Below, piece after piece: positions 44,726 through 56,397 of a stretch of DNA of 64,000 nt; within the stretch, counting starts at the first letter, position 1, and each line of letters starts with the position of its first letter. Both the position numbers and the translations under genes were made by a program. Source of the DNA: an uncultured Pseudomonadota bacterium (GTDB lineage: Bacteria > UBA10199 > JACPAL01 > GCA-016699445). Under the pieces are notes generated by a model. It was not told the DNA's origin and did not search any database. It worked only from the letters and a program-made list of their open reading frames with translations. Location: the NCBI GenBank assembly GCA_964555055.1, contig CAZKQW010000004.1:145674-209673 (forward strand). The letters run 5' to 3'.

Positions 44726-45340
44726 ATGTCTGAAGTAACTATTTACGATGTGGCCAAGAAAAAGGTGGGTTCCGTCACCTTGTCGGAGAAGTTCGAGAGT
44801 TACGTCAATGCCGGGGCCATCTATCAGGCAGTGTTGGCCCAGCAGACGAATGCGAGGCAGGGGAACGCTAAGGTCAAAAATAGGCATGAAGTGTCCGGAA
44901 GCACCAAGAAGATATATCGTCAAAAGGGAACCGGCGGAGCGCGTCACGGTGACCGTAAGGCTCCTTTGTTCGTGGGTGGCGGGCAAGCCTTCGGGCCTAA
45001 GCCTAAGGACTATGATGTCAGGGTGCCCCAGAAGATTAGAAAAGGGGCTTTGAGGGCCGCTATTGTTGATCGAAACAGGCAGCAGAAGTTTTGGGTTCTG
45101 GACGAGATTAAAATAAAAGAGCCGAAAACAAAAAAAGCACTGGAAATTTTTAAAAACTTTGGCATATCAAACGCCCTCGTCGTTTTGACCGGAAGTAACA
45201 ATCCTGTCGAGAAGTCGATTAGAAACCTTAAGAATTTTAGCGTTTGTCGTGCGGATGAGGTCAGCGTGCGGGATGTTCTGCGGCACGAACATCTCGTTCT
45301 TACGAAGGAATCCTACGAAAAAATTCTGGAAAGAGTATAG
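44726..45340 (+). CDS. rplD: 50S ribosomal protein L4
   Basis: 'QKGTGGARHGDRKAPLFVGGGQAFGPKP'. Confidence 0.92.
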   Translation: MSEVTIYDVAKKKVGSVTLSEKFESYVNAGAIYQAVLAQQTNARQGNAKVKNRHEVSGSTKKIYRQKGTGGARHGDRKAPLFVGGGQAFGPKPKDYDVRVPQKIRKGALRAAIVDRNRQQKFWVLDEIKIKEPKTKKALEIFKNFGISNALVVLTGSNNPVEKSIRNLKNFSVCRADEVSVRDVLRHEHLVLTKESYEKILERV

Positions 45341-45343
45341 GGC

Positions 45344-45640
45344 GTGATCGTGAAACCATTTTACGAAATCATTAAGAAGCCTCTGGTGACCGAGAAATCG
45401 GTCGTCGTCCGTGGGGAAAATAACGTTTATTCCTTTGAAGTCGCTTTGGACGCCTCAAAGCCTGCCATTAAGGACGCCGTTCAAGGCTATTTCAAGGTTC
45501 GGGTGAAGGGCGTGCGTACGCTCGTCGTGCGCGGTAACAAGCGGCGTATCGGTCGGTACTCCGGTCGTCGCGGCAATTGGAAGAAAGCTCTGGTCGAGTT
45601 GGTTGAGGGTCAAAAGATAGACATCTTCGAGGTTAAATAA
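45344..45640 (+). CDS. rplW: 50S ribosomal protein L23 (GTG start)
   Basis: 98 aa, S10-operon position. Confidence 0.88.
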   Translation: MIVKPFYEIIKKPLVTEKSVVVRGENNVYSFEVALDASKPAIKDAVQGYFKVRVKGVRTLVVRGNKRRIGRYSGRRGNWKKALVELVEGQKIDIFEVK

Positions 45641-45644
45641 TTTT

Positions 45645-46475
45645 ATGGCGGTCAAAACATTCAATCCAACAACGCCCAACCAGCGTTACCGTACGGTGAT
45701 CGATTTTTCCCTTCTTTCGAAGGTGAGGCCTGAAAAGTCCCTTTTGTCGTCGAAGCCTAAGAAGGGTGGGCGTAACAATACGGGCCGCGTGACGATGCGT
45801 TTCATCGGGGGTGGTCATAAAAAGCGCTACCGCTTGATCGATTTCCGGCGTGATAAGGTGGGGGTTCCGGCTCGGGTCGAGACGATCGAGTATGATCCGA
45901 ATAGGACCGCTTTCATCGCGAAGGTTCTTTATAAGGATGGTGAGCGTCGTTATATTTTGGCTCCTCATGGTTTGCGCGTTGGGGATTCCGTCTTAGCGTC
46001 CGAGGACGCGGAAATCCGTCCTGGTAATCATCTGCAGATCAAGAATATTCCCGTTGGTACGGAGATTCATAATATCGAGCTGTCTCCTGGTGTCGGTGGA
46101 AAGGTTGTGCGCAGCGCGGGAGGGATGGCTCAGTTGGTCGCTAAGGAAGGGACCTATGCGCAGATACGCATGCCCTCCGGTGAAGTGAGGTTGATTCATT
46201 TGAACTGCTCCGCGACGATCGGGCAGGTGTCTAACTTGGACCATGAAAATGTGATTTTAGGGAAGGCGGGTCGTAGTCGTTGGTTGGGTCGTTTGCCGCG
46301 TCAGCGTGGTGTGGCGATGAACCCCGTCGATCATCCTCATGGGGGTGGTGAGGGTAAGTCGAAGGGTGGCAATCATCCGACGTCTCCTTGGGGAACGCCG
46401 GCCAAGGGTTATAAGACCCGTAAAAACAAGAGAACTCAGAAGTTTATCGTTAAAGATAGACGTCAAAAACTTTAG
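45645..46475 (+). CDS. rplB: 50S ribosomal protein L2
   Basis: '[13 protein letters not shown]', '[13 protein letters not shown]'. Confidence 0.95.
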   Translation: MAVKTFNPTTPNQRYRTVIDFSLLSKVRPEKSLLSSKPKKGGRNNTGRVTMRFIGGGHKKRYRLIDFRRDKVGVPARVETIEYDPNRTAFIAKVLYKDGERRYILAPHGLRVGDSVLASEDAEIRPGNHLQIKNIPVGTEIHNIELSPGVGGKVVRSAGGMAQLVAKEGTYAQIRMPSGEVRLIHLNCSATIGQVSNLDHENVILGKAGRSRWLGRLPRQRGVAMNPVDHPHGGGEGKSKGGNHPTSPWGTPAKGYKTRKNKRTQKFIVKDRRQKL

Positions 46476-46484
46476 TAGGAGCTT

Positions 46485-46787
46485 ATGGCACGTTCGATTA
46501 AAAAAGGCCCCTTTATCGATGGGCATGTGATGAAGAAGGTTAACGAAGCGATCGAGACGAAAAGTCGGAAGGTGATCAAGACGTGGTCTCGTCGTTCCAC
46601 GGTGCTTCCCGATTTTGTGGGTCTCACGTTCGCCGTCCATAACGGGAAGAAGTTTATTCCTGTTTTTGTGTCGGAAAACATGGTGGGGCATAAGTTGGGC
46701 GAATTCGCTCCAACGAGAACTTATAAAGGGCATACGGGTATCCGTAAGGAAGATAAATCGGGCTCTGCGATTCCTGCGAAGAAATAA
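46485..46787 (+). CDS. rpsS: 30S ribosomal protein S19
   Basis: '[19 protein letters not shown]'. Confidence 0.92.
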   Translation: MARSIKKGPFIDGHVMKKVNEAIETKSRKVIKTWSRRSTVLPDFVGLTFAVHNGKKFIPVFVSENMVGHKLGEFAPTRTYKGHTGIRKEDKSGSAIPAKK

Positions 46788-46795
46788 GGTTATTT

Positions 46796-47131
46796 ATGGC
46801 ACAGTTTAAGGCTAAAATCAGTTATTTAAGGGTTGCGCCCCGTAAGGTGCGTCTCGTCGTTGACGAGGTTCGGGGGCTGCCCGTCCAAAGGGCGATCGAT
46901 ATTTTGATGTTCGCAAAGAAAGCGTCCTCCATCGATATCTCGAAGTTGTTGAAGTCCGCGGTCGCGAATGCCGATAAAAAGGGTGGAGTGGATGTGGACA
47001 ATCTTTACGTGAAGTCGATCTGTGTGGATCAAGGGCCGATCATTCGGCGTTATTTGGCTAGGGCTCGCGGGTCCGCGTCTCGTATTAATAAGAAAACAAG
47101 TCATATCACTGTTGTTCTAGAGGAGAAGTAA
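46796..47131 (+). CDS. rplV: 50S ribosomal protein L22
   Basis: 111 aa, position and sequence. Confidence 0.92.
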   Translation: MAQFKAKISYLRVAPRKVRLVVDEVRGLPVQRAIDILMFAKKASSIDISKLLKSAVANADKKGGVDVDNLYVKSICVDQGPIIRRYLARARGSASRINKKTSHITVVLEEK

Positions 47132-47134
47132 GTC

Positions 47135-47791
47135 ATGGGTCAGAAGACACATCCGTTAGGTTTTCGATTGGGCATCACCAAGCCGTGGTTGTCCCATTGG
47201 TATAGCCGTAAAGAATATGCGAAGTTCGCTCGTGAAGATGATTTGATCCGTAAGACGGTAAAGGAAAAATTGTTCAATGCGGGAGTTTCCCATGTGACGA
47301 TCGATCGCCGTGGGGCTTCGGCGACCGTCAATATCCATACCGCCCGCCCTGGGTTGGTTATCGGTAAAAAAGGAACGGGTATCGATGGCTTGAAGGCGGA
47401 TTTGGGTAAATTGATTAAACGCGAGATTCACGTCAACATCCATGAAGTGCGTAAGCCTGAGTTGGATGCCCAGTTGGTCGCCGAAAACATCTCTTTGCAG
47501 TTGGAGAGGCGTGTAGCTTTCCGCCGGGCTATGAAAAAGTCGGTGACTTCGACCCTGAAGTTCGGCGCCCAAGGGATTAAGGTTGTCTGCGCGGGGCGTC
47601 TGGCGGGCGCTGAGATCGCTCGTACGGAGTGGTACCGTGAGGGGCGCGTCCCCTTGCAGACTTTAAGAGCGGACATCGATTACGGTCAGGCTGAGGCTTT
47701 AACGACCTACGGCAAGATCGGGGTGAAATGTTGGATTTATAAGGGTGAGATTTATCGGGAGCGTCAGGTTAAAGAAGGGCAGGTTGCTTAA
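47135..47791 (+). CDS. rpsC: 30S ribosomal protein S3
   Basis: '[18 protein letters not shown]', KH domain. Confidence 0.95.
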   Translation: MGQKTHPLGFRLGITKPWLSHWYSRKEYAKFAREDDLIRKTVKEKLFNAGVSHVTIDRRGASATVNIHTARPGLVIGKKGTGIDGLKADLGKLIKREIHVNIHEVRKPELDAQLVAENISLQLERRVAFRRAMKKSVTSTLKFGAQGIKVVCAGRLAGAEIARTEWYREGRVPLQTLRADIDYGQAEALTTYGKIGVKCWIYKGEIYRERQVKEGQVA

Positions 47792-47793
47792 TC

Positions 47794-48213
47794 ATGCTTC
47801 AACCCGCGAGAACAAAATTTAGAAAACTGCAAAAGGGGCGCGTCCGTGGGAACGCCACTAGCGGTATTTCCCTGCATAACGGAGATTTCGGCCTGCAGTC
47901 GACGGAGCGAGGTTTGGTGACATCGCGGCAGATCGAGGCCAGTCGCGTAGCGATGAGTCGCCTGTTGAAAAAGGGGGGGAAGATTTGGATTCGCATCTTC
48001 CCTGACCGTCCTATCACGAAAAAACCCGCCGAAACCCGCATGGGTAAAGGTAAAGGGAATGTCGAGGGTTACGCGGCCGTCATTAAGCCGGGACGCGTGT
48101 TGTTCGAGTTGGAAGGGGTTGAGTGGGTTGACGCCAAAGAGGCGCTCACGTTGGCTGCCCATAAGTTGCCCGTGAAAACCAAGATTATTAACAGAGAGAA
48201 ATTCGTTTTATGA
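47794..48213 (+). CDS. rplP: 50S ribosomal protein L16
   Basis: '[19 protein letters not shown]'. Confidence 0.95.
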   Translation: MLQPARTKFRKLQKGRVRGNATSGISLHNGDFGLQSTERGLVTSRQIEASRVAMSRLLKKGGKIWIRIFPDRPITKKPAETRMGKGKGNVEGYAAVIKPGRVLFELEGVEWVDAKEALTLAAHKLPVKTKIINREKFVL

Positions 48214-48422
48214 AATATAAAGATATCGCCGGCAAGAACGCGTCCGATCTAGAGTCTCAAGTCGAGAAGGTGCGGAAAGAACTGTCCCAGCTCACCTTGG
48301 ATCTTCGGATGGGTAAGTCCAATAAAACGGCTAAGGCCCGATCGATGAAGCGTGATATCGCGCGTTTATTGACGGCCCAAAACCAACAGAAGAAGCAGCA
48401 AGAATCGGGAGCGGCTAAGTAA
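48210..48422 (+). CDS. rpmC: 50S ribosomal protein L29
   Basis: 70 aa, overlaps the rplP stop. Confidence 0.9.
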   Translation: MKYKDIAGKNASDLESQVEKVRKELSQLTLDLRMGKSNKTAKARSMKRDIARLLTAQNQQKKQQESGAAK

Positions 48423-48423
48423 T

Positions 48424-48699
48424 ATGCGCGGTCAAAGAAAAATAAAAGTGGGTACGGTCGTCAGCGTCAAGATGGGAAAGACGGCCGTGGTTCAGGTGGA
48501 GCGTTTGGATTTGGATAGCACTTATCATAAGTACATCCGCCGTTTGGACAAGTATAAGGCTCATGACGAAAAGGCGGAATGTAAGGTGGGGGACCGCGTG
48601 GAAATAGCCGAGACGAGTCCCGTTTCTAAAACGAAAAGGTGGAGAGTGGTGAGGTTCATCCAAAAATCCGCTGGTGACACTGTGGAAGTAAAAGCTTAA
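48424..48699 (+). CDS. rpsQ: 30S ribosomal protein S17
   Basis: '[20 protein letters not shown]'. Confidence 0.92.
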   Translation: MRGQRKIKVGTVVSVKMGKTAVVQVERLDLDSTYHKYIRRLDKYKAHDEKAECKVGDRVEIAETSPVSKTKRWRVVRFIQKSAGDTVEVKA

Positions 48700-48712
48700 G
48701 GGAGCGGTTTTT

Positions 48713-49081
48713 ATGATTCAGACGCAAACAGTTTGTGATTCCGCTGACAATTCCGGCGCCAAGAAGTTGATGTGCATCCATGTGCTGGGTGGTACCAAAA
48801 GAAAGTATGCTACGTTGGGCGATATCATCGTGGTGGCTGTCAAAGAGGCGATCCCGCACGCCAAGATCAAAAAGGGCGACGTGAAGAAGGCGGTGATTGT
48901 CCGCGTGCGTAAGGAAGTGCGCCGGACCGACGGGTCCTATATCAAATTCGATGATAACTCCGTCGTCCTGATCGATCAGGCCGGCGAGCCTTTGGGTACC
49001 CGTATTTTCGGGCCTGTGGCGCGCGAGTTGAGGGCGAAGAAGTTTACGAAGATTATCTCATTGGCCCCCGAGGTCTTATAA
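48713..49081 (+). CDS. rplN: 50S ribosomal protein L14
   Basis: '[19 protein letters not shown]'. Confidence 0.95.
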   Translation: MIQTQTVCDSADNSGAKKLMCIHVLGGTKRKYATLGDIIVVAVKEAIPHAKIKKGDVKKAVIVRVRKEVRRTDGSYIKFDDNSVVLIDQAGEPLGTRIFGPVARELRAKKFTKIISLAPEVL

Positions 49082-49095
49082 AAGAGAGTGTTTTT

Positions 49096-49407
49096 ATGAT
49101 TCGCAAAAACGACGAAGTGATCGTGATTTCAGGAAAAGAGAAGGGGAAGAGGGGTAAGGTTCTTTCCTTCACCAACGAAGGCGAGCGGGTGCGCGTCGAA
49201 AAGTTGAATATGATCAAGCGGCATGTGCGTCCGAATCAAAAAATGCCCCAGGGCGGCATTGTCGATAAGGAAGGCTCGATCCATGTTTCCAATGTCCTGC
49301 TCTACTGCGCCAAATGCAAAAAAGGCGTTCGTCTCGGAGTGAAGGCCGGAAAAGAAGGAAAGAAGCAAAGGGTTTGCAGAAAATGCTCAGGCGTCTTGGA
49401 TAGTTAA
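49096..49407 (+). CDS. rplX: 50S ribosomal protein L24
   Basis: KOW '[17 protein letters not shown]'. Confidence 0.92.
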   Translation: MIRKNDEVIVISGKEKGKRGKVLSFTNEGERVRVEKLNMIKRHVRPNQKMPQGGIVDKEGSIHVSNVLLYCAKCKKGVRLGVKAGKEGKKQRVCRKCSGVLDS

Positions 49408-49459
49408 TAGGTTAATTGATAAAGGGAAGTAACAAAGGTAATCAACGAGAAGGTGACTC

Positions 49460-50002
49460 ATGTCGGAAAGTTTTGAGAGTTTTTATAAGAAAAAATGCGT
49501 TCCCGAGCTGATGAAGCAAAAAGGGTACAAGAATATCCTCCAAGTGCCGCGTATCGAAAAGGTGGTGATTTCAAGCTGTCTAAAGGATGCGACGCAGGAC
49601 TCGAAGGTTGTCGAAAGGGCCGTGGAGGAGTTGTCGCAAATCACCGGACAGAAGCCCGTCGTTACCAAGGCCAAGAAGTCGATCGCTAATTTTAAGTTGC
49701 GCCAAGGGATGCCGATCGGTTGCTGCGTGACTTTAAGGCGGAAGAGTATGTACGAGTTCTTGAACCGCTTTTTCAACGTGGTTCTGCCCCGTACCCGCGA
49801 CTTCCGCGGAATCTCCGACCGTAGTTTCGACGGACGCGGAAGTTACACCTTGGGAATTAAGGAACAAATCGTCTTTCCTGAGATTGATTTCGATAAGATA
49901 GATAAAATCCGCGGCATGAATATCACCATCGTGACCACCGCGAAAACAGACGAAGAAGCGAGAGCCCTTTTGAAAGTTATGGGCATGCCGTTCAGAGGAT
50001 AA
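49460..50002 (+). CDS. rplE: 50S ribosomal protein L5
   Basis: 180 aa, spc-operon position. Confidence 0.92.
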   Translation: MSESFESFYKKKCVPELMKQKGYKNILQVPRIEKVVISSCLKDATQDSKVVERAVEELSQITGQKPVVTKAKKSIANFKLRQGMPIGCCVTLRRKSMYEFLNRFFNVVLPRTRDFRGISDRSFDGRGSYTLGIKEQIVFPEIDFDKIDKIRGMNITIVTTAKTDEEARALLKVMGMPFRG

Positions 50003-50009
50003 GAGTTTT

Positions 50010-50195
50010 ATGGCCAAGACATCCCTTCAAGTAAAAGCTGAGAGAAAACCCAAGTTCAAGGTTCGAGGATACAACCGCTGCGGTTATTGCGGGAGGCCTC
50101 GGGCTTTCATTAGACGATTCGGTATGTGCCGTCTTTGTTTCAGGAAAAAAGCCCTCTTCGGGGAATTGCCCGGAGTCGTGAAAGCGAGCTGGTGA
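50010..50195 (+). CDS. rpsN: 30S ribosomal protein S14 type Z (zinc-binding, 61 aa)
   Basis: '[22 protein letters not shown]' with two CxxC pairs. Confidence 0.92.
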   Translation: MAKTSLQVKAERKPKFKVRGYNRCGYCGRPRAFIRRFGMCRLCFRKKALFGELPGVVKASW

Positions 50196-50198
50196 TTT

Positions 50199-50588
50199 AT
50201 GACAGATCCTATTGCCGATTTATTAGCGAGAATTCGTAACGCCCAAACGGCCAAGCACGCTACGGTCAAGGTGCCCTACTCGAAGATTAAAATGGGGATT
50301 GTTAAGATCCTTCATGAAGAAGGGTTTTTGGGTTCCTTTAAGTTGAGCGAGGGTCCGAGGAAGGAAATCGAAATCTCCATCCGCTACACCGATAAGCAAG
50401 AGCCCATCATCTCGAGTTTGAGGAGAGTGAGTCGCCCCGGTAGGCGCCAATACACCGGATATCAGGATTTGAAACTGGTCAGAAGCGGTTTGGGCGTCGG
50501 CATTTTGTCGACTTCGAAGGGAATCATCACCGATAAACAGGCTCGTCACGAAAAGACCGGTGGCGAGCTTTTATGTACCGTTTGGTAA
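50199..50588 (+). CDS. rpsH: 30S ribosomal protein S8
   Basis: 'MTDPIADLLARIRNAQ'. Confidence 0.95.
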   Translation: MTDPIADLLARIRNAQTAKHATVKVPYSKIKMGIVKILHEEGFLGSFKLSEGPRKEIEISIRYTDKQEPIISSLRRVSRPGRRQYTGYQDLKLVRSGLGVGILSTSKGIITDKQARHEKTGGELLCTVW

Positions 50589-50601
50589 GAGAGTCTTCAC
50601 T

Positions 50602-51153
50602 ATGTCACGCGTCGGTAAACTTCCAATTAAGGTGCCTGAAAAGGTAAAGGTTAACATCCAAAAGGACAAGCTTCTGGCCGAAGGCCCTTTAGGCAAGCAA
50701 GAGGTTTCCCTGGATCCCTTGGTCGAGGTCAGTATGGCCGATGGGACTGTTTTGGTGAAAAGAAAAGAGGAGACGGCTTTGGGTCGTTGTCGTCAAGGCT
50801 TGATCCGCAATCTCGTCCGTAACGCCGTCGAAGGTGTGGGAGTTGGTTTTAAACGGGAACTGGACATTATCGGCGTCGGCTTTCGTGCCGAAGTGAAGGG
50901 TCAAAATCTCGTCATGACCCTCGGTTTCAGCCACTTGGTTGAGTTTCCCATTCCCGCAGGGGTCAAAATCACGGTTGATAAGCAAACGCATCTGACGGTC
51001 GCTGGGGCTTCGAAGCATTTAGTCGGCGAGACTTCCGCCATCATTCGTAAGTTCCGCCAACCCGAACCTTACAAGGGTAAGGGGATCCGTTATAGCGACG
51101 AAGTCATCCGTAAGAAGGTCGGTAAATCCGCGGCCGCTTCGGGAGGTAAATAA
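50602..51153 (+). CDS. rplF: 50S ribosomal protein L6
   Basis: '[15 protein letters not shown]'. The ORF-track start 50560 overlaps rpsH and is rejected. Confidence 0.9.
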   Translation: MSRVGKLPIKVPEKVKVNIQKDKLLAEGPLGKQEVSLDPLVEVSMADGTVLVKRKEETALGRCRQGLIRNLVRNAVEGVGVGFKRELDIIGVGFRAEVKGQNLVMTLGFSHLVEFPIPAGVKITVDKQTHLTVAGASKHLVGETSAIIRKFRQPEPYKGKGIRYSDEVIRKKVGKSAAASGGK

Positions 51154-51155
51154 CC

Positions 51156-51515
51156 ATGTCGCATACGAAAAAACAATCCAGGGAATACAGGAAAGAGCGC
51201 ATCCGGAAGAAAATCAGCGGAGTGTCCGAACGGCCCCGCCTTTCCGTCTTTCGCAGTACGAACCATTTCTACGCCCAGTTGATCGATGACGAACAGGGCC
51301 AGACGATTTTAAGCGCCTCCACGATCGCCAAGGATTTCACCAGCAAGAAGGATGCGGGTAACGTCAAGGGTGCCAAGGAGCTGGGTAAGTTGATCGCGGA
51401 GAAAGCACTCGGGAAGAAAATCAGCCAAGTCGTCTTTGACCGCAGCGGATTCCTCTATCATGGACGCATCAAGGCTTTCGCCGAAGGAGCCCGCGAAGGC
51501 GGATTGAAGTTTTAA
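51156..51515 (+). CDS. rplR: 50S ribosomal protein L18
   Basis: 119 aa. Confidence 0.92.
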   Translation: MSHTKKQSREYRKERIRKKISGVSERPRLSVFRSTNHFYAQLIDDEQGQTILSASTIAKDFTSKKDAGNVKGAKELGKLIAEKALGKKISQVVFDRSGFLYHGRIKAFAEGAREGGLKF

Positions 51516-51530
51516 TTTAAGGAAAAACAC

Positions 51531-52004
51531 ATGCAAGAAAACCAAACACAATTTCCAGAGCGCATTGTCCATGTTTCGAGGGTCGCTAAAGTCGTGAAAG
51601 GCGGTCGGCGTTTTAGCTTTTCCGCCTTGGTCGTCTGCGGTAATTCGGATGGTCAGGTGGGTATCGGACTCGGGAAAGCGAAGGAAGTGCCGGACGCCAT
51701 CCGCAAGGCTTCCGAGCAGGCGAGGAAGAACCTGGTCTATGTTCCCATCAACCAAGGGACGATTCCTCATGAAGTGGTCGGCCATTATGGAGCCGCGGTC
51801 GTCCTGATGAAGCCGGCGAGTGAGGGTACGGGGGTCATTGCCGGAGGCGGCGTGCGCGCCGTGGTCGAGTCCGCGGGTATCCACAATATTTTGACGAAGT
51901 CCTTAGGGACCAGCAATCCCCACAATGTCGTGAAGGCGACGATCAACGCTTTGACCCAGTTGAAGAGCCGAGAAGATTACGAGCGCTTGAGGAAGGTGAA
52001 TTAA
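51531..52004 (+). CDS. rpsE: 30S ribosomal protein S5
   Basis: '[21 protein letters not shown]'. Confidence 0.95.
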   Translation: MQENQTQFPERIVHVSRVAKVVKGGRRFSFSALVVCGNSDGQVGIGLGKAKEVPDAIRKASEQARKNLVYVPINQGTIPHEVVGHYGAAVVLMKPASEGTGVIAGGGVRAVVESAGIHNILTKSLGTSNPHNVVKATINALTQLKSREDYERLRKVN

Positions 52005-52005
52005 T

Positions 52006-52461
52006 ATGGATTTAGGTTCATTAGTGGCTCCCAAGGGAGCGAGGAAGAAAAGAAAACGTTTAGGACGCGGCGAAGGGTCGGGTCATGGTGGGACTTCCAC
52101 CAAAGGACACAAAGGGCAAAAGGCCCGCGCCGGCGGTTATCACAAACGAGGCTTCGAGGGGGGGCAAATGCCTCTTTCAAGACGCCTCCCTAAGTTTGGA
52201 TTCACGAATCCCTTCCGTAAGGAATTTTCCGTTATTAATGTGGGCGACCTCGGTTCTATTCCTGGATCCACAGTGGTTGATGAGCAATATCTCAAAAAAA
52301 ATGGTTTCGTGCGGAAGCTTCGTTCCGGAGTGAAGTTATTGGGCAATGGGGAGCTTAAAATTCCTTTGACAATTAAGGTGTCAAAGATTTCCGAAACGGC
52401 AAAGAAGAAGATCGAAGCAGCAGGCGGTAAAGTAGAAGTCTCCACCCCGGCACAAGCTTAA
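52006..52461 (+). CDS. rplO: 50S ribosomal protein L15 (directly follows rpsE; no rpmD/L30 gene)
   Basis: 'KRLGRGEGSGHGGTSTKGHKGQKAR'. Confidence 0.92.
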   Translation: MDLGSLVAPKGARKKRKRLGRGEGSGHGGTSTKGHKGQKARAGGYHKRGFEGGQMPLSRRLPKFGFTNPFRKEFSVINVGDLGSIPGSTVVDEQYLKKNGFVRKLRSGVKLLGNGELKIPLTIKVSKISETAKKKIEAAGGKVEVSTPAQA

Positions 52462-52480
52462 TTGACTGAAAAGACAATCC

Positions 52481-53782
52481 ATGGCCTCTCCCGTCGTCAA
52501 TATCGCGAAGCTCCCCGAATTACGAAAAAGAGTCTTTTTTACACTACTGATGATTGCCATCTACAGGGTTGGGGTTTTTGTTCCAGCTCCTGGAGTTGAT
52601 GTAGACGCCTTGCAAAAGATCGTTACACGTGGAACGGTTTTTGACATCTTTAATTTATTCTCAGGTGGGGCTTTGGAGCGATTTTCTGTATTTGCGTTGG
52701 GTATCATGCCTTATATCAGTGCTTCTATCATTTTACAGCTTTTAACTGTCGTTGTTCCAACTTTAGAGAGGCTTTCTAAAGAAGGGGAAGAGGGGCGTAA
52801 GAAAATTACCCAATATACACGCTATGGGACTGTCGTTCTCTCGCTGATCCAAGGGTTTGGTATTAGTTACGGTCTAGAACAGCAAGGTGTTCTCTTGTCG
52901 GATGTGGGTGGTATTTCTTTTTTTCTGCGGACCATGCTGACCTTAGCTGCAGGCACTGCTTTTATTATGTGGTTAGGGGAGCAAATTACAGAACGAGGTA
53001 TTGGGAATGGCATCTCATTGATCATCTTTTCTGGAATCGTCACTCGCATTCCTCAAGGTCTACGTGACGCTTGGGCTACGAAGGAGCAGTTCTCCGGCTT
53101 GTTCGGTTTTTTGATTCTTTTGGCCTTCATTTTTGGCTTAGTCTCGATCATCATCTTCTTTGAGAGAAGCCATCGGAAAATTCCCATTCAATACGCGAAG
53201 CGCGTCGTTGGTCGAAAAATGTACGGTGGGCAGACGACTCATTTGCCTTTAAAGCTCAATTCAGCTGGCGTCATCCCACCCATTTTTGCCTCCTCGCTTA
53301 TTTTATTCCCGGCAACTGTCGCTCAATTTAGCCATCAACCCAAGCTACAGGAAATCGCCGCTGCCCTCAGTCATGGTTGGCTCCACACGGCTCTTTATAT
53401 CTCATTAATCATTTTCTTTGCATATTTCTATACAGCGGTCAGTTTCAATCCGACAGACGTTGCCGAAAATGTTAGAAAGCATGGTGGCTTTATTCCGGGA
53501 ATTCGACCTGGACAGAACACGGCTGAGTTCATCGATCGGATTGTTTCGAAACTGACTTTAGGTGGAGCCTTATATATTGCGGGTGTTTGTGTCATACCTG
53601 AATTGTTGATCTCCCAATTCGGCATTCCTTCCACATTAGCTTCTACTTTTGGTGGTACTTCAGTTTTAATCGTTGTAGGTGTTGCCATGGATACTTTGGC
53701 TCAAATCGAATCCCATTTAATGGCCCGAAATTATGAGGGCCTCATTTCAGATTCGAGCAGTCGATTCCGTGGGAGGAAGTGA
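52481..53782 (+). CDS. secY: preprotein translocase subunit SecY
   Basis: 433 aa, 10 TM segments. Confidence 0.95.
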   Translation: MASPVVNIAKLPELRKRVFFTLLMIAIYRVGVFVPAPGVDVDALQKIVTRGTVFDIFNLFSGGALERFSVFALGIMPYISASIILQLLTVVVPTLERLSKEGEEGRKKITQYTRYGTVVLSLIQGFGISYGLEQQGVLLSDVGGISFFLRTMLTLAAGTAFIMWLGEQITERGIGNGISLIIFSGIVTRIPQGLRDAWATKEQFSGLFGFLILLAFIFGLVSIIIFFERSHRKIPIQYAKRVVGRKMYGGQTTHLPLKLNSAGVIPPIFASSLILFPATVAQFSHQPKLQEIAAALSHGWLHTALYISLIIFFAYFYTAVSFNPTDVAENVRKHGGFIPGIRPGQNTAEFIDRIVSKLTLGGALYIAGVCVIPELLISQFGIPSTLASTFGGTSVLIVVGVAMDTLAQIESHLMARNYEGLISDSSSRFRGRK

Positions 53783-54420
53783 TGAACCTTATTTTCTTAG
53801 GTCCTCCCGGTGCCGGAAAAGGAACGCAAGCAAAGAGACTGGCGGAGAAATTCGGAATTCCACAGATATCGACAGGGGATCTACTAAGGACAGCCATCCA
53901 ACTCAAAACAGAATTAGGTTTAAAGGCTGAAAGCTTCATGTCGACGGGACAGTTGGTGCCTGATCCTTTAGTGATTTCTATGATTCGTGAAAGGCTAGAA
54001 AAACCAGATTGCGAGAAGGGCTTTATTTTAGATGGTTTCCCTCGAACGATACCTCAAGCAGAATCTTTGGCAAAGTTATTGACGGAAATTAATTCCCAAT
54101 TGGATCGTGTATTAGATTTGGAAGTGGATTCGGAGGAGGTTGTGAAGCGGTTGTCGGGACGTCGACAATGTTCCCAATGCCATGAAAACTTTCATGTTGA
54201 ATTCAAACCTTCAAAAACGACAGTTTGTGATCGCTGCGGAGGGGCGTTGATCCAAAGAGATGACGATAAAGAATCCGTTATTCGTAGACGCTTGGAGGTC
54301 TACCAGAAGCAAACAGAGCCTTTGATCGGCTATTACCAACAAAAAGGTCTTCTGGAAGAGATCAGCGGCCGTGGATCAATTGACGATATTTTCCAGAGTG
54401 TCTTAAAGGCTGTTCGATGA
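53782..54420 (+). CDS. adk: adenylate kinase (with zinc-binding lid CxxC...CxxC)
   Basis: 'IFLGPPGAGKGTQA', lid 'CSQCHENF...CDRCGG'. ATG overlaps the secY stop (TGATG), RBS GGGAGGAAG. Confidence 0.93.
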   Translation: MNLIFLGPPGAGKGTQAKRLAEKFGIPQISTGDLLRTAIQLKTELGLKAESFMSTGQLVPDPLVISMIRERLEKPDCEKGFILDGFPRTIPQAESLAKLLTEINSQLDRVLDLEVDSEEVVKRLSGRRQCSQCHENFHVEFKPSKTTVCDRCGGALIQRDDDKESVIRRRLEVYQKQTEPLIGYYQQKGLLEEISGRGSIDDIFQSVLKAVR

Positions 54421-55166
54421 TCATCTTGAAGTCCCCGGAAGAGATTTCCAAGATACGTAAGGCTGCTAAAGTTGTCGCGGAAGTGATTGAAGGGATTAAG
54501 CCGATGGTAATGCCTGGGGTGACGACGGCTGATCTAGATAAAAAGGCGGCTGAACTCATGAAAGCCAAAGGCGCTAAACCTGCTTTCAAAGGGTATCGCG
54601 GTTTTCCCGCTGTTTTGTGCTTGTCAGTGAATGAAGAAGTGGTACATGGCATCCCTTCATCGAAAAGAGTGCTTCAAGAGGGAGATATCATCGGCGTGGA
54701 TTGTGGAGTGATTATTGATGGTTTTTATGGAGATTCGGCAAGAACGTTGCCTGTCGGTAAGGTGAATGCAGAGTCCGATAAGTTGCTTCAAGTTACGAGA
54801 GAGGCTCTTTATAAAGGGATTGAGCAAATGGAGATAGGGAATCGGCTCCATGATATTTCTTGGGCTGTTCAAAACCATGCGGAATCAAATGGTTTTTCTG
54901 TTGTGCGAAAGTTTGTCGGTCATGGAATTGGGCGTAGTCTGCATGAAGATCCTCAAGTTCCTAATTTTGGCAATCCCCATACCGGAATCCGTTTAACCGC
55001 AGGTATGGTCCTTGCGATCGAGCCTATGGTGAATGTTGGAACGAAAGATGTAAAAATTTTAGAAGATGGCTGGACAGCGGTAACTCTTGATGGTAAGCGG
55101 TCCGCCCATTTTGAGCATACCATTGCGTTAACAGAGGACGGTTACGAGATTTTGAGCGAACTATAA
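54417..55166 (+). CDS. map: methionine aminopeptidase type I
   Basis: '[15 protein letters not shown]', 249 aa. Confidence 0.93.
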   Translation: MIILKSPEEISKIRKAAKVVAEVIEGIKPMVMPGVTTADLDKKAAELMKAKGAKPAFKGYRGFPAVLCLSVNEEVVHGIPSSKRVLQEGDIIGVDCGVIIDGFYGDSARTLPVGKVNAESDKLLQVTREALYKGIEQMEIGNRLHDISWAVQNHAESNGFSVVRKFVGHGIGRSLHEDPQVPNFGNPHTGIRLTAGMVLAIEPMVNVGTKDVKILEDGWTAVTLDGKRSAHFEHTIALTEDGYEILSEL

Positions 55167-55167
55167 T

Positions 55168-55386
55168 ATGGCCAAAGAGGACGTTATTGAGGTCGAAGGA
55201 ACCGTCGTTGAACCGCTGCCGAACGCAATGTTTCGAGTGAAGTTAGATAATGGCCATGTAGTGTTGGCGCATATTTCAGGCAAAATGCGTATGCACTACA
55301 TCAAGATTTTGCCGGGAGATAAGGTTAAGGTGGAAGTCTCCGCTTATGACCTCACTCGCGGTCGCATTATTTTTAGGGCGAAATAG
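55168..55386 (+). CDS. infA: translation initiation factor IF-1
   Basis: 72 aa, S1-like OB fold '[23 protein letters not shown]'. Confidence 0.93.
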   Translation: MAKEDVIEVEGTVVEPLPNAMFRVKLDNGHVVLAHISGKMRMHYIKILPGDKVKVEVSAYDLTRGRIIFRAK

Positions 55387-55402
55387 AAAGGTTGTTATTT
55401 TT

Positions 55403-55516
55403 ATGAAGATCAGGTCCTCCGTGAAGCCAATTTGCAATAAGTGTAAGATCATCCGCCGTCGCGGTAACGTTTTGGTGATTTGTGAAAATCCCAAACATAA
55501 ACAGAAGCAGGGGTAA
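55403..55516 (+). CDS. rpmJ: 50S ribosomal protein L36
   Basis: [37 protein letters not shown] (37 aa), zinc-ribbon C..C..C..H. Below the ORF-track cutoff. Confidence 0.88.
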   Translation: MKIRSSVKPICNKCKIIRRRGNVLVICENPKHKQKQG

Positions 55517-55519
55517 GAA

Positions 55520-55906
55520 ATGGCTCGTCTCAGTGGTATTGATTTACCAGGTAAGAAGCGTATCCAGATCGCATTGACCTCCATCTATGGGATTGGTTTG
55601 GCCACAGCGAATCAGATATTAAAGAAAACAAGCATCGATCCGAATTTGAAGGCTGAGGCTTTAAACGACCAGCAGGTTGCGAAGATTCGAGATGAGATCG
55701 AGCGTAACATTAAGGTGGAGGGTGATCTTCGTAAGGAGATTCAATTAAACATCAAGCGCCTTATCGATCTGGGTTCCTATCGGGGGACGCGTCATCGTCA
55801 AAACCTTCCGGTGCGTGGTCAGCGCACGCATACTAATGCCCGTACCCGTAAGGGCCGCGCTCGAATCGCTATTGCCGGCAAGAAGCAGGCAGCAGCTCCT
55901 AAATAA
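55520..55906 (+). CDS. rpsM: 30S ribosomal protein S13
   Basis: '[26 protein letters not shown]'. Confidence 0.95.
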   Translation: MARLSGIDLPGKKRIQIALTSIYGIGLATANQILKKTSIDPNLKAEALNDQQVAKIRDEIERNIKVEGDLRKEIQLNIKRLIDLGSYRGTRHRQNLPVRGQRTHTNARTRKGRARIAIAGKKQAAAPK

Positions 55907-55939
55907 CGATCCATCATCATATCATTAGAGGTTATTAAA

Positions 55940-56395
55940 ATGCCAAAAGCAGAAGAAAGTAAAGACGTCGCGACTCAGTCCGCTTCCCAGGTGTCCGAAG
56001 CAGCTGCGGATGCCGATAAGAAAGTTCGTAAGAAGAAGGGTAAGAAAAATATTCCTAACGGGGTGGTTCACGTTCACACGAGCTTTAACAATACTATTAT
56101 TACGATTAGCGACCCGATGGGTAACGTCGTTTCATGGTCGTCTGCGGGGTCAAAGGGTTTTAAGGGTTCGCGGAAAAGCACTCCTTTCGCCGCACAGATT
56201 GCCGCCGAAGAAGCTTCCAGGAAAGCTTTAGATCAGGGTATGAAGTCGGTCGTTGTTTTCATTAAAGGGCCTGGAGCCGGGCGTGAGTCTGCGCTGCGCG
56301 CCATTTCCTCGACAGGTTTAAGAGTTTCATCGATTAAAGACGTGACGCCCATTCCTCATAATGGTTGCCGTCCATCTAAGAAGAGAAGGGTGTAA
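55940..56395 (+). CDS. rpsK: 30S ribosomal protein S11 (with about 22-aa acidic N-terminal extension)
   Basis: Core '[22 protein letters not shown]...[15 protein letters not shown]'. Confidence 0.92.
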   Translation: MPKAEESKDVATQSASQVSEAAADADKKVRKKKGKKNIPNGVVHVHTSFNNTIITISDPMGNVVSWSSAGSKGFKGSRKSTPFAAQIAAEEASRKALDQGMKSVVVFIKGPGAGRESALRAISSTGLRVSSIKDVTPIPHNGCRPSKKRRV

Positions 56396-56397
56396 GT

